From positions 186,001 to 250,000 of the IMG/VR virus record IMGVR_UViG_3300044796_000657: a DNA stretch of 64,000 bases, one strand, 5' to 3'. Shown piece after piece: positions 9,774 through 20,164 of the stretch. The notes under the pieces are model-generated. The model searched no databases. It saw only the letters and a list, made by a program, of their open reading frames with translations, and was not told where the DNA came from. Within the stretch, counting starts at the first letter, position 1; every line of letters starts with the position of its first letter. Position numbers and translations under genes: made by a program.

Positions 9774-10254
9774 GAATAAGGGTTTCTGATTTAGTTAAAA
9801 TTTGACTGAGGCGACTTTTGCCCCACTTACCGGCTTGTAAGATTTCCGATATTTCATCTAAAGTGTACCCATCACGATAATACAGTACGAAAACCTTGCG
9901 AGCGAAATCGTCTAATGGACTCGTAATGGTATCATAAAACACTTCGCAATTACGAGAAGTGATTGCTTTGTCATGATTTTCATTAAGCTCTACGACGGTC
10001 AAACGACTGTGGATTTTTCCCCATCGTAAGTCCCTGTCTAGGTCTGCCATTTCGCCGACGATACATCGTGATGCGTACGTCTCAAAAGATTTGCCTTGAT
10101 CTTGATATCGATTAGCCGCTTGGACTAAACCCAAGTTACCTGCGGCCTTCAATTCATCACGATCCATATTGTTGAATGGGGGTCTCCGAATATTCGCATG
10201 AAGAACAGTGGAGACTAAATTTAAATGCTTGAGTACTAATTCGTTTGGTTGCAT
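9733..10254 (-). CDS. sigma70-family RNA polymerase sigma factor (regions 2+4, FliA/SigF-like)
   Basis: DELKAAGNLGLVQAANRY...SFETYA..CI.G region 2; VFVLYY.DGYTLDEIS...SRLSQI region 4 HTH. Confidence 0.85.
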   Translation of the reverse strand: MQPNELVLKHLNLVSTVLHANIRRPPFNNMDRDELKAAGNLGLVQAANRYQDQGKSFETYASRCIVGEMADLDRDLRWGKIHSRLTVVELNENHDKAITSRNCEVFYDTITSPLDDFARKVFVLYYRDGYTLDEISEILQAGKWGKSRLSQILTKSETLIRESYESHELFALL

Positions 10255-10308
10255 ATTGACACAGTTAAAAGTTAATGGAAGTAATTGTAGTTATATAGCA
10301 ACTACCCA

Positions 10309-11385
10309 TTAGTAATCGTTATCTTCGTACGCTGACCAATAATCACTCTTAACTGGCGTAGTTCGCTTTTTGAGTGATCGCTTCTTTTTCAGCGACTCTT
10401 TGAGCTTCTCTACGTCTTCTTTGAGCTTGGACTTCGTTTCTTCCACCCTGTCTTCGGGGCAAGGCGGGATAAGAAACGAAAGCATCTTTTCCGTTTCAGT
10501 TCTCAATACCTTGTTCGTACCATACTTAATGATACGCTCTAGGAACCAAGTTTTGGTTTCGTAAAGACCTTTACTGAGTATGAAGAACGGTTCTTCATTA
10601 TGAAGTCCTAAGCCAGTTAACATCTCTTTGAGATTTTGGTAAGGAGTTATGTTGCCGGGGAAAGGCATGGTGCGACAAGTATTCGCAAAGTGAATAAACA
10701 TGCGTGCCCAATTCTTAATTTCCTTGGAATCCAAAGTGCCTTCTGGCAATCGCAATTCAACCGTTTTCTTAGAGGCACCACTGTGTACATAGTTGCCCAT
10801 GTTCAGTGATACCCGACGTTCGCTGTTTTCAAGCGATAGCGGTCTGACTTTACTCCAGAATGTATCAACGTTTTTTGCCTGCACAGCCGATACAGGCTTG
10901 AGATCATTCAACAGGCGACAGTAAACGTTATTACGGCGACCCTTGGGCAAAATCTCAATCAGCAGCCTCTCCATCTTCATCCAGTTGGCCATCAAAGTTG
11001 CGGCCTGCGAAGTATTGAAGTCGGCGATTTCAACGTGGATGTGATAGCCACAGTTATCATTAACTTGTGCGCCATTCTTTTTGAGAGTATCGCCCATGTT
11101 AGCCAACTTAATCAAATCGGCGGCACCGGACGCTTTATAGGAAGCGACTTCCCAACCGCCTTCTTGTGGCTTCGTACCACAACTGCGGTCAAACTTTACG
11201 TGCCAATAATCATTGCCAGAATCTTGCTGGTAATGATTCGTACCCATGACATGATGCTTGGAGTCCGTCAATCGGACGACCTGTACAAGTTCGTCAAGGG
11301 TTTTGCTTTTGATCACCTCAAGCTCAATACCAAAGCATCGCTTCGTGTTGAACTTGACATACTGGACAGGAAGCATTTCAGGCAT
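10309..11385 (-). CDS. amidoligase family protein (COOH-NH2 ligase type 2)
   Basis: FGIELE, W..K.D.S, WEVAS, CGYHIHV, TVELR motifs. Confidence 0.85.
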   Translation of the reverse strand: MPEMLPVQYVKFNTKRCFGIELEVIKSKTLDELVQVVRLTDSKHHVMGTNHYQQDSGNDYWHVKFDRSCGTKPQEGGWEVASYKASGAADLIKLANMGDTLKKNGAQVNDNCGYHIHVEIADFNTSQAATLMANWMKMERLLIEILPKGRRNNVYCRLLNDLKPVSAVQAKNVDTFWSKVRPLSLENSERRVSLNMGNYVHSGASKKTVELRLPEGTLDSKEIKNWARMFIHFANTCRTMPFPGNITPYQNLKEMLTGLGLHNEEPFFILSKGLYETKTWFLERIIKYGTNKVLRTETEKMLSFLIPPCPEDRVEETKSKLKEDVEKLKESLKKKRSLKKRTTPVKSDYWSAYEDNDY

Positions 11386-11399
11386 ATCGCACCATTAGG

Positions 11400-11669
11400 T
11401 TAACCGTTACTCCACCAAGATTTATCAGTTCCTCCACCCTTAGTACCTCTCGCAAAATTGACGAAATATTGCATCAACTTGCGTATGTCATTTTGGGCTT
11501 CGGCTGATTTCTCCTCTAGGTCGGACATTTGCTCGCTCAGCACCTGCATTGAAGCACTCAACAGAGTTTGAGCCTTCACCACCGCTGAGAATTTGACCAA
11601 AAGAGCTACTTGGACAAGTAGAATAAGCGAACCGAAACCGATTATCAATCCAACAAGCAATTCATTCAT
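11400..11669 (-). CDS. membrane-anchored coiled-coil protein
   Basis: N-terminal TM helix followed by heptad pattern. Confidence 0.55.
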   Translation of the reverse strand: MNELLVGLIIGFGSLILLVQVALLVKFSAVVKAQTLLSASMQVLSEQMSDLEEKSAEAQNDIRKLMQYFVNFARGTKGGGTDKSWWSNG

Positions 11670-11670
11670 T

Positions 11671-12804
11671 TTATGTGTCTCCCATCGTGGCAACGTAAGC
11701 CGCCGTATTATCTTCCATCAATTGCTTCAAGTTGCCGGTACTTTGCGATGTGATTACGAAAGCCAAACGTAAGTTTCTAAAAAACTTAGCCTCATCCTCA
11801 ATCGTAGTAGCAGTCGCCAAAGTTGTAGCCCCATGAGTAGAAACGAAAGTTAATTTACCAAAGCTGTCATTACGACAAACTACATCCGATGAAAAAGATG
11901 CTGACAAACGAGACATGAATCGCTGATTGGTACGCTTAACGAACACAAAAACCGAAAAATCCCAATTTGCATTATTATCGCACGCAAACTTAAAATTCAA
12001 ATCCCAACTCTCTCTACCACTTACTATAGGGGAATTCCCCGAAAGATGCAAATTACCAATCCAACCATTATCCCTATCAGAAAATGTTAATTTGACATAA
12101 TCGCCATCAGCAACGCCAATTAATGATAGTTTATTCAAATTCAGAAAGCGATTCAAGTCTGGTATGACATTAAGATTGTGCTTACATTCTAATATCAATG
12201 AAATTGGGGAACTACAACACGGCACCACCTTTCCGCCAACTAAATATGCCAATGGTGTTTGTGGCGTTATAGATGTCACCATCTCAGAGATCGTTTCACC
12301 TTCAAGATAATCATCTACTAAAACATCATCAAATACGTCGCCTTCATTATCGGACACAATCAGTGATTGCCCATCTGTTTCTATAGTACCAGAAATAGCA
12401 AAAACAAAATCGGATCTATTTTGAATGCGACCTACAAAATGTTTGCCACGATTTGGAACCGATGTATCGCCGTAAGACAACAAAATAGGATCTTGTTGAA
12501 CAGGCACTTTAACGGCAGCAATCGTTTTTGTCTTTTTAGATTTGCAGCCTTTTGGCAACTTGACTTCAATAACTGCCGATGGATCAATATTACTACCACC
12601 ACTAACAGGTTTCAGAAATTTCAAAACCTTCTTGATTGAAAAATTGTACTTCTTTGCTGTCAAGATTGAGCAAAGCTCATCAAGATCGCACGCCTGCAAA
12701 GTAACCGATACGTATCCATTATCACCGATACCTTGCACTTCATAATAATGAGGTTGGCATTCTTTGATGTCGTAACGGAACGATCTACCAGAGATAAATT
12801 TCAA
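11671..12804 (-). CDS. hypothetical protein (possibly structural)
   Basis: 377-aa beta-rich ORF, AGGAG SD before TTG. Confidence 0.6.
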   Translation of the reverse strand: MKFISGRSFRYDIKECQPHYYEVQGIGDNGYVSVTLQACDLDELCSILTAKKYNFSIKKVLKFLKPVSGGSNIDPSAVIEVKLPKGCKSKKTKTIAAVKVPVQQDPILLSYGDTSVPNRGKHFVGRIQNRSDFVFAISGTIETDGQSLIVSDNEGDVFDDVLVDDYLEGETISEMVTSITPQTPLAYLVGGKVVPCCSSPISLILECKHNLNVIPDLNRFLNLNKLSLIGVADGDYVKLTFSDRDNGWIGNLHLSGNSPIVSGRESWDLNFKFACDNNANWDFSVFVFVKRTNQRFMSRLSASFSSDVVCRNDSFGKLTFVSTHGATTLATATTIEDEAKFFRNLRLAFVITSQSTGNLKQLMEDNTAAYVATMGDT

Positions 12805-12819
12805 GTTTTACTCCTAGAC

Positions 12820-13272
12820 TCAAGAATTCCTAATGACTTTTTTGATAAAATTCGTCCATTCAGGATGACTGTGAATTACCATAGGAAACTTAATGAAATG
12901 ATTGGCATAAGCATGGCACCAAAGTTCCTCTGGCGGCTCATCTTTCTTCTTATCTTTTGTCTTACTGCAGAGAGCTTCCCACTCTTTTTGAGCTGGCTTA
13001 CCTTTAATAATAAACTCCCAAACCAAGTGCCCAATTTCATGAAATAAGGCAAATTCACGCCCATAATTCCACGGACTGCTAACCCGGATGGATTTCTTTT
13101 TTGGGTGAATGATGATTTCGCCAACATGGGCGCCATCACCTTTAAGTGTGTGCGTAGGTTCGAGATTTAACTCAAATCCATGAGCTAGTTTTTGGTGTGC
13201 AAGCGGCAGCTTTTCAAGTGCCTGTTCGACATCTTTTTTTTCGTTCTCGATGAATTGTTTGAATCGTTCCAC
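12820..13272 (-). CDS. zinc metallopeptidase-like protein (HEIGH)
   Basis: ALFHEIGH plus downstream EELWCHAYA; N-terminal FKQFIE motif. Confidence 0.65.
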   Translation of the reverse strand: MERFKQFIENEKKDVEQALEKLPLAHQKLAHGFELNLEPTHTLKGDGAHVGEIIIHPKKKSIRVSSPWNYGREFALFHEIGHLVWEFIIKGKPAQKEWEALCSKTKDKKKDEPPEELWCHAYANHFIKFPMVIHSHPEWTNFIKKVIRNS

Positions 13273-13365
13273 TCCTTATATATTTGCGGCGATTATTTTC
13301 ACCGCATTCAATTCTACATACTTTTGCTTCTTTCGCCTTTTACACACACGTTAAGGGGACCACCC

Positions 13366-14034
13366 ATGCCACGAAAATTCGATAAAGCTGGCAAGACCGT
13401 CAATTCCAATAAACCTAAACTCTTACAATTGGATTTACCCGATGAACAAAAAAGAGCACTTGAGCTCTATCAGGAAAATGACATCATTTTCCTCGTCGGA
13501 CCGGCCGGTACTGGTAAAACATTCTTGTCAATGGCTTTTGCCGTTCAAGACATTCTTTCACAAGTACGTGAAAAAATCATCATTAGTCGTCCAGTCGTAG
13601 AGGCCGGTGAAAACTTGGGTTTCTTGCCCGGCGACTTGGATGAAAAAATTTACCCTTACATGCTTCCGCTCTATGACTGTTTAGAGAAATTGTGCGGCAA
13701 AGATACCCCTAACCGGAGATTTGTTGAAGATCGTTATGAATTAGCACCGCTCGCCTTCATGCGAGGTCGTACGTTTGATGAATCTATCTGTATTCTTGAC
13801 GAAGCACAAAACTGCTCCAAATCTCAATTGAAATTATTTTTGACTCGTTTGGGCAAATTCAGCAAAATGATTGTCACTGGTGACCCTACACAAAATGACC
13901 TTGGCTATGGCAAGTCTGGGCTTCAGGAAGTCCTAGATAAACTCGAAGGCGTTCCCGGTATTGGTATTCACTACTTTACCGAAGAGGCCATTGTCAGACA
14001 CCCATTGGTTGCACAAATCGTGAAGCGCATTTGA
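13366..14034 (+). CDS. phoH: PhoH family ATPase
   Basis: GPAGTGKT, SRPVVEAGENLGFLPGD, AFMRGRTF, LDEAQN, VTGD..Q.D, VRHPLV. Confidence 0.97.
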   Translation: MPRKFDKAGKTVNSNKPKLLQLDLPDEQKRALELYQENDIIFLVGPAGTGKTFLSMAFAVQDILSQVREKIIISRPVVEAGENLGFLPGDLDEKIYPYMLPLYDCLEKLCGKDTPNRRFVEDRYELAPLAFMRGRTFDESICILDEAQNCSKSQLKLFLTRLGKFSKMIVTGDPTQNDLGYGKSGLQEVLDKLEGVPGIGIHYFTEEAIVRHPLVAQIVKRI

Positions 14035-14102
14035 CAAACCTAATCCGAAAAACAAATCCCGGTATGAATATCTATACCGGGATAGTTAACGGAGGAAATC
14101 AA

Positions 14103-14447
14103 ATGCCCAAGAATGCCAAGTGTCATCATGGACAACACCATGAAAAATGTTCATCGAACGTCAAATGCTTAATCCAAGTTTTGGAAGCATTAGTTGGCGA
14201 TAGCGATTGCCAATCCAACCATCACGAAGTTGAAGGTTGTATTACCTTAAATCAAGGTCATCACGAAATCACCGTCACAACTGACGAGTGCCCAGAACGT
14301 GTATTCTTGTCGGTTTTACCGATCAGTACACCAGTTTGTGTTGGCGACATTGATATGGTAGGCTATTCGCTCACACCAGAAGGTTTTATTTTGTATGCCG
14401 ACATTAAGTCAGCAGTGGCCGAAGTTTGCTACATCGTTCAAGGTTGA
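14103..14447 (+). CDS. hypothetical His/Cys-rich protein
   Basis: GGAGG SD before ATG 14103. Confidence 0.55.
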   Translation: MPKNAKCHHGQHHEKCSSNVKCLIQVLEALVGDSDCQSNHHEVEGCITLNQGHHEITVTTDECPERVFLSVLPISTPVCVGDIDMVGYSLTPEGFILYADIKSAVAEVCYIVQG

Positions 14448-14531
14448 ATTCAGTAAAATCATACGGTATATTGTAAATTGCTTTGGGGTCTAGGAAGAAA
14501 TTTCTTGACCCCTCGTTCATTAAGGGCAATT

Positions 14532-15197
14532 ATGAAAATACCATCTTGGGAAGAAGTTAATATTCCCCGCTTAGTAGTTAGCCAAGTTAAACAACTAAAG
14601 CCCAGCGCCATTGCCGACGCCTTGGTTCATCAACTCGTCTATCACAACACAAAGAAATTGTGTGTTTCATATCCCTGCGATAGCTGCGGACATATCCATT
14701 CCCCAACAAAGGCTACGGACGAAGTGAGTCAATGTCCGGCGTGCCAATCTAAGCGTGTACGCTGCGTCCAGTCGCTTAAGTTCACTTCGGGGACAAAACT
14801 ACCCCTTTACACCAGAAGGGGTTCTTATCTGGCAAATCTGCTCAGACAAATGACTGTGAACTTTAACCAGTATTTTTTAAATAAAGTCACCACCCCATAC
14901 GATGATTTACTTGATGACGAAGGTGATTTTGGTATTGTCAAAATGAAAACTGAAACCGAACAAGAACCTGCCGAACGCAATATGAATTGGGAATGGCACG
15001 ACGGTGAATTTGTTGTTTGGTTTGCTGGTGGTGAGGCAGCAAGCGACGAATTGCCAAGAATGGCAATTGCTAAAGCCGCTTTGCTATGCCCTTATTTGTG
15101 GGATATGAATTACGACTGGAAAGAACGCAAAAGAAGTGATAAAGTGGATGATCGCTTCATAGTGCCTTTGCTGAGTCATCTTTTGCCCCGGAATTGA
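14532..15197 (+). CDS. hypothetical Zn-ribbon protein
   Basis: CDSCG...CPACQS zinc ribbon. Confidence 0.6.
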   Translation: MKIPSWEEVNIPRLVVSQVKQLKPSAIADALVHQLVYHNTKKLCVSYPCDSCGHIHSPTKATDEVSQCPACQSKRVRCVQSLKFTSGTKLPLYTRRGSYLANLLRQMTVNFNQYFLNKVTTPYDDLLDDEGDFGIVKMKTETEQEPAERNMNWEWHDGEFVVWFAGGEAASDELPRMAIAKAALLCPYLWDMNYDWKERKRSDKVDDRFIVPLLSHLLPRN

Positions 15198-15198
15198 T

Positions 15199-15729
15199 AT
15201 GCCAAATTTGTTAGTTGAATATCTAAAAAGACATAAGTACGAATACGTTCCCTTGTGTCATAACGGCGTATGCTTTTTTGACGGCGGCTCTCCTCGTAAT
15301 CACGCCATTGCGCTTACGAGTTTGGCTTGTCGCTCATTTTCGACATGCACAGACTGTGATAGAGAAATCGCCAAATCAACTATCATCGTAGAAATGTTTA
15401 CGATGGGCTACAATGGCTCATTTGCACAAGTGTTTCACAAACACATGCCACAAAACACCGACTTGACCGCTTTAGTTAACAAATACGCTCTTTATGACGA
15501 TAAGCCACTCAAACCGATCTACGCAAAATCCCAAAAGGAATTAGAGGTTTGGCTGTGGAAGTTCCTCATAAGAGACTTAGCTTACAAACCCAAAGAAACA
15601 AAGCCAGAAATGCTAGACTTGGAACCTATAGCATGGGCGGCTTTCAAAAACCCCAAACTCTATGCCAGCTACTACATGGCATACGAAGCCTTTTTGGTTA
15701 ACCGAAAGTATCTTTTGCTTGATGCTTGA
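15199..15729 (+). CDS. hypothetical protein
   Basis: 176-aa coupled ORF. Confidence 0.55.
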   Translation: MPNLLVEYLKRHKYEYVPLCHNGVCFFDGGSPRNHAIALTSLACRSFSTCTDCDREIAKSTIIVEMFTMGYNGSFAQVFHKHMPQNTDLTALVNKYALYDDKPLKPIYAKSQKELEVWLWKFLIRDLAYKPKETKPEMLDLEPIAWAAFKNPKLYASYYMAYEAFLVNRKYLLLDA

Positions 15730-15741
15730 CTCTTATAAGAT

Positions 15742-16308
15742 ATGAGTAGCACCAAAGTAAAAGATCGCCAAGGTACACATCTTGATTTTTATGAAACCCC
15801 AAGTCGGGTCGTATACGGACTCTTAGAATACTTAAATTTGGATAACGTCACCAAAGCCCTCGAACCATCTGCTGGTCGGGGGGCTATTATTCGTGCCGTA
15901 CAAGATCACTACGCTTCATTAAGTTTTAATGCCATAGAAATTCAAGAACAATTCAAATCACATCTCGATCCAATAGCTAAAACTACAATCGGAAACTTCT
16001 TATTACAAGAACCAGAACCCTTCGATCTCATATTGGCAAATCCTCCATTTTCACAAGCCGAAGAATTCATCAAACACGCATACAAATTCTTGTCACCAAA
16101 TGGACAAATGGCATTCCTATTACGGTTGCCATTCTTGGGAAGTGTAAAACGAAGTGCCCTATTTAAACAACTAAAACCAACACAAGTGTTGGTTTTATCT
16201 CAGCGTCCAAAATTCGGCGGCACTAATATTGATAGCTGTGATTATGCTTGGTTTGTATGGAGCAACCCTTGCTCTACTGTGACGACACTTGACTGGATTC
16301 TCAAATAA
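15742..16308 (+). CDS. DNA N6-adenine methyltransferase (small phage type)
   Basis: DFYETP, LEPSAGRGAI motif I, NPPF motif IV, YAWFVW. Confidence 0.88.
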   Translation: MSSTKVKDRQGTHLDFYETPSRVVYGLLEYLNLDNVTKALEPSAGRGAIIRAVQDHYASLSFNAIEIQEQFKSHLDPIAKTTIGNFLLQEPEPFDLILANPPFSQAEEFIKHAYKFLSPNGQMAFLLRLPFLGSVKRSALFKQLKPTQVLVLSQRPKFGGTNIDSCDYAWFVWSNPCSTVTTLDWILK

Positions 16309-16618
16309 TTCTTTGAGCAGCTTTGGTTGACAATTTTCGCAACATATCCGAAGTCTCTTTTAACGCATCTAACGATTTCAAAAGATCCTTATCGGTGGCC
16401 TTCAACCTCAATAGATTATGGTGCGGGCCATCGTAATGCTGTTTGATAAACTCAAAATCTGTTTTGATTTTACTCAATTCCGCTTTGATTTGATCGGCAA
16501 TATTTCTAATATTGCTTTCGCTTTGAAGTAAGATCGTAGCGCAATATTGAAGATGCCAATTAATGATGTAATCGCCTTCTTCGGGCGTTGCTGGCAGTGG
16601 TGTGTGTGAGGAAGACAT
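16301..16618 (-). CDS. hypothetical helical protein
   Basis: 105-aa ORF preceded by TAAATA-N4. Confidence 0.55.
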   Translation of the reverse strand: MSSSHTPLPATPEEGDYIINWHLQYCATILLQSESNIRNIADQIKAELSKIKTDFEFIKQHYDGPHHNLLRLKATDKDLLKSLDALKETSDMLRKLSTKAAQRII

Positions 16619-16625
16619 ACTCTAT

Positions 16626-17429
16626 TTACCAGTTCAGGACAGTAAAATTTCTCAAATCCGTTGCCGACTCTAATGCTTCAGTACCTCGCAACATCTGAAC
16701 GAACTTATTTGGGTTTTTTGACAAATACTTATAAGCATTCTGCCCTAGCTCGTAATGACTGCCTGCTACTTTTTTCCAGTAATTTTCACTTCTGAAAAAG
16801 GGCATCCGACTTCCGCCTCCATGATGATAAAAAGTATCACCATAAATAGCACCAAGAATAGGATGGAAATTAACGAAGTTCGTACGAATCAAAGGGAAAT
16901 AAATCTTCTTACCATTATCCTCTTGAACAAAGCCTGTTCCTATATCCTTTGTCTTGCCACCACCAATCGACTTGATTTCATTTTCTTTCAACCGCTTGAA
17001 ATCCCACCATTCATTATGAATACACTCACCTTTGATGAATAAGGCACTAGGATGGGGAAACAGGTCTAAATTCTCTGTACGGATTGGAGCAGCGTATCCA
17101 TAGCCTTCTGTAATCTTATCCAAATGAGCAAGCCAACCACCCTTAACTGGAAAGCAATCGCTGTCTAACAATAAGTAGTTCTTATACTTTCTCTCACGAA
17201 ATACGTCCATTGCCCTATTGAACATTGCCGGTAAGGCTTGAAGCAAATCACCTTCGTACTCGCCTAAAACTTCAATTCCTGAAAAGGGTTCGGTCGTTTC
17301 TACTTCATGCAAACAAACAGCAAAGTCGTAGTTTGTCGTGAACTTATCCAGCATTTTTTGCTGAATAGAGAACCACTCAAGCGAAGCATCCTCTCCATAA
17401 GTAGATATAACTAAAAGATCACGCATCAT
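16626..17429 (-). CDS. putative glycosyltransferase (GT-A-like)
   Basis: LLLDSDCFP DxD motif, FYHHGGGS C-terminal motif. Confidence 0.65.
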   Translation of the reverse strand: MMRDLLVISTYGEDASLEWFSIQQKMLDKFTTNYDFAVCLHEVETTEPFSGIEVLGEYEGDLLQALPAMFNRAMDVFRERKYKNYLLLDSDCFPVKGGWLAHLDKITEGYGYAAPIRTENLDLFPHPSALFIKGECIHNEWWDFKRLKENEIKSIGGGKTKDIGTGFVQEDNGKKIYFPLIRTNFVNFHPILGAIYGDTFYHHGGGSRMPFFRSENYWKKVAGSHYELGQNAYKYLSKNPNKFVQMLRGTEALESATDLRNFTVLNW

Positions 17430-17959
17430 TAAAATCCTAGTTTATCTAACTCTAAACAAATTTCATCACAATCTTCTTTTCTCAAATAGTCTGCCATCGA
17501 ATATTTACTACCAATTCCATTAAGTGATGTCCCTACAAATAACCCTGCTTTGCGATTGACGATCCAAAAACGATCATGAAAAAAATTACTTTTTTTCACA
17601 AACAAAGAAGCGGTTGGACATTCCTCTTTAAATTTCTTTTCATACTGATTGAAAAGTGAATTATTGACATCACCAGTAACAAAAGTTACACTTTTTAACT
17701 TAGACCAATAAGCAGTCATTAACATCAGACTTTCAATGTAATCCGCCGCATGTCTTTCTGGAAAAATATAACGATCAATGATGGTAAGATCTTGAATATT
17801 TTCGGACTTTTTAATAAGCATTCTTCTGATAAGCGACAACGCTTCATTTGGCCTTCTTGGCAGAATACTTCGATATTCCGCTATAGATAAACATTCAGTC
17901 AACCCTTTATCCATAACCATATCATAAAAATCAATTCGTTTATTATAATCATTTTCCAT
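17429..17959 (-). CDS. PLD-superfamily-like protein
   Basis: IIDRY and FHDRFWI...G.SLNGIG motifs. Confidence 0.55.
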   Translation of the reverse strand: MENDYNKRIDFYDMVMDKGLTECLSIAEYRSILPRRPNEALSLIRRMLIKKSENIQDLTIIDRYIFPERHAADYIESLMLMTAYWSKLKSVTFVTGDVNNSLFNQYEKKFKEECPTASLFVKKSNFFHDRFWIVNRKAGLFVGTSLNGIGSKYSMADYLRKEDCDEICLELDKLGF

Positions 17960-17968
17960 CTATTTTCC

Positions 17969-18727
17969 TCACTTAACCTTTTGAATAACTCTGTTTTGTT
18001 GATCCCGAATCAAACTAGGAATAACGGCCATTGCTTTTTCGTTGAATTTTTCAAGGTCATTCAAATCCATAGCAAAAGTTTCATAATGTTTAACAAGAGT
18101 GTTCTTGATAACTTGCGGCTTATAATTTTGGTAATTCGCCGTTATTGTATACATGAATGGGCCACCGACCTGTTCGAGTTTTTCATCAAACGGGCCACAA
18201 TCCTGCCAACATTCACGGGTTGTTAACATGCACCACTCTTCAACGTACTCAACTTGTGTTTCCTTACCCTCAATATCTTCCATACCATAAGAACTCATGG
18301 ATACACCAACAAGTCCAGCATCTTCAGAATCAGATACACTAATCAGAATATCGATCCAACCCGGATTCAAAATAACAATATCGTGATGTAGGAAAATCAA
18401 ATACTTGGAAGCAGGATCAGCAGCTTTGGCACCAAGATTGACGCTTTTCGTCCACCACATTCTCGACTGATTGCGGATCACTTTACAATCTTGGGTTTCA
18501 AGATCGGAAATGAAATCCTTGGCATCTACACTTTCAGAAGCATCATCAACAACAATAATTTCATAGTTGGTATTGAGACTGACTGCCGCTATTGACTGTA
18601 AGCAAAGGTTGAGAAACGCTGGCTTATCACGATGTACGACAATAATAGAAACCTTTTCATCAGTCATATTATTGAGTTGAAACTTAAGATTGGGTTCAGG
18701 AGCTTTGTCAAAGGGTTTCTTATTCAT
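17969..18727 (-). CDS. GT2 family glycosyltransferase
   Basis: VSIIV, EIIVVDDAS, N.G, YLIFLHHD, GPFDE. Confidence 0.8.
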   Translation of the reverse strand: MNKKPFDKAPEPNLKFQLNNMTDEKVSIIVVHRDKPAFLNLCLQSIAAVSLNTNYEIIVVDDASESVDAKDFISDLETQDCKVIRNQSRMWWTKSVNLGAKAADPASKYLIFLHHDIVILNPGWIDILISVSDSEDAGLVGVSMSSYGMEDIEGKETQVEYVEEWCMLTTRECWQDCGPFDEKLEQVGGPFMYTITANYQNYKPQVIKNTLVKHYETFAMDLNDLEKFNEKAMAVIPSLIRDQQNRVIQKVK

Positions 18728-18930
18728 TATTCACCGTCCAATTCAACTTCGTGGATCGCACGTTCGCAGAAAAAGTTAACGTTATTGACCTTTTCATTCC
18801 ACACAGTAGGATGAGCCTTCATATACGCTTCGGCTTTTTCCTTAGTACTAAAAGCAGCTTCTGAGGTGGCGATACTCATCTCGCCAAGCTCATGAAGCCC
18901 TGATTTGATTACAACATAAATTTTAGCCAT
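18727..18930 (-). CDS. hypothetical protein
   Basis: KIYVV...AFSTKEKAE small phage-type protein; coupled. Confidence 0.6.
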   Translation of the reverse strand: MAKIYVVIKSGLHELGEMSIATSEAAFSTKEKAEAYMKAHPTVWNEKVNNVNFFCERAIHEVELDGE

Positions 18931-18938
18931 AAAACCTC

Positions 18939-19925
18939 TTAATCTGTACTACCAAAGCCCCCATGCCCACGATCCGAGTTGCCTAAATTTTTGCTTTCTT
19001 CAAACGGTAAATGAATAGGCGATTGTCTAGGCACCAACTGAAGACACTTCCAAGGGAAATCAGGCATAGGAGCATCTGATAGCTTCATCATAGTAGCCTG
19101 TATGCCGCCTATGTAACTTCTATCACAAATACCTACACCTTGCAGGAAGACCCAACCCTTATCAGGTAAACTTGATCTACCAGCAATATCAAAAGCCTGT
19201 CCCATTGATGGCTTAACTGCCAATTCCGTTTTGGCCTTATAAACTTCGGCACCAAATGGTGTCGTATAAAGCTTCGTCATTTCAACAACATGCAGATCGT
19301 ATCCTGAATCGGTTACCCGCACTTTATGTGGTGATACCGCTTTGGGGCTTAATTTATGATAGTAAAATTTTCTATTTCTCAATTCAGTATCATTGGATCT
19401 CTCTTCTGGTCTGTTTAACATATCCAAGAAAAATCCAATCTTATCCGAATCTTTGAATACGGTATGAGCAGCTATGTTGCCCATAACATCAAGAGCCTTA
19501 TAGCCATTCGTTATCATCTTTTCAGCATTAGGAATACCCCATTGCTCTTCAAGAACTACGCCCACATCTTTTTGTGGAACCCGTACGAAAAACTGGCTTC
19601 TATCAAAGTCGCCATATCCTTCAAAGTATCCAGCCGCAAAAATTGGTTTCATCGGCGCCGTTAATGTTGGCATGTACTTTTTGGACGCAGTTACTCCGTT
19701 AGCAATCAAAAACTCTACAATTTTTTTGTCTTCAATGATGAGTGTCAAGGCATTAGAGTTCTTTTTGACCTTATTTTGATTGTAAATGCGATAAGAAATA
19801 TCTTCCATCGCTCTTACACTGATCCACTTTTTGGTCAATATCAAACCGGGAGTATATGCCTTAAAATCAGAAAATCCAAAACCGAGAAGGTAATGGAGTT
19901 CTGTAGCTGTTAGTATTTGTCCCAT
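18939..19925 (-). CDS. dut: dUTPase with N-terminal degenerate LAGLIDADG-like domain
   Basis: SGYDL, GRSS, GICDRSYIG, Q, RGHGGFGSTD motifs; N-terminal FAAGYFEGYG. Confidence 0.85.
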   Translation of the reverse strand: MGQILTATELHYLLGFGFSDFKAYTPGLILTKKWISVRAMEDISYRIYNQNKVKKNSNALTLIIEDKKIVEFLIANGVTASKKYMPTLTAPMKPIFAAGYFEGYGDFDRSQFFVRVPQKDVGVVLEEQWGIPNAEKMITNGYKALDVMGNIAAHTVFKDSDKIGFFLDMLNRPEERSNDTELRNRKFYYHKLSPKAVSPHKVRVTDSGYDLHVVEMTKLYTTPFGAEVYKAKTELAVKPSMGQAFDIAGRSSLPDKGWVFLQGVGICDRSYIGGIQATMMKLSDAPMPDFPWKCLQLVPRQSPIHLPFEESKNLGNSDRGHGGFGSTD

Positions 19926-19926
19926 C

Positions 19927-20139
19927 TTACTTCCTTACAGATTCAATATAATGATTAACGTTTTTGATAAAATGATTGTAGGTACCGGGTGGCATCTTGC
20001 GAACCTTTTGAATGACCAAAACTTTGATAGACTCATCCAAATCAAGAGACGTTATGAATTCCAATAGTTTATCAAATGTAGGAATAATATCAAGATCAAG
20101 AGACTTGGGCCGAGAAAATATCAAAGATTGGATTGTCAT
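19927..20139 (-). CDS. hypothetical protein
   Basis: 70-aa ORF in operon. Confidence 0.5.
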   Translation of the reverse strand: MTIQSLIFSRPKSLDLDIIPTFDKLLEFITSLDLDESIKVLVIQKVRKMPPGTYNHFIKNVNHYIESVRK

Positions 20140-20164
20140 TTGGAGCTTTCATAGTAAATAACAT

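Noticed and set aside
18939-19925. Intein in dUTPase (and in dnaE)
   Set aside because: No N-terminal C/S block or C-terminal HN-C/S/T splice junction visible
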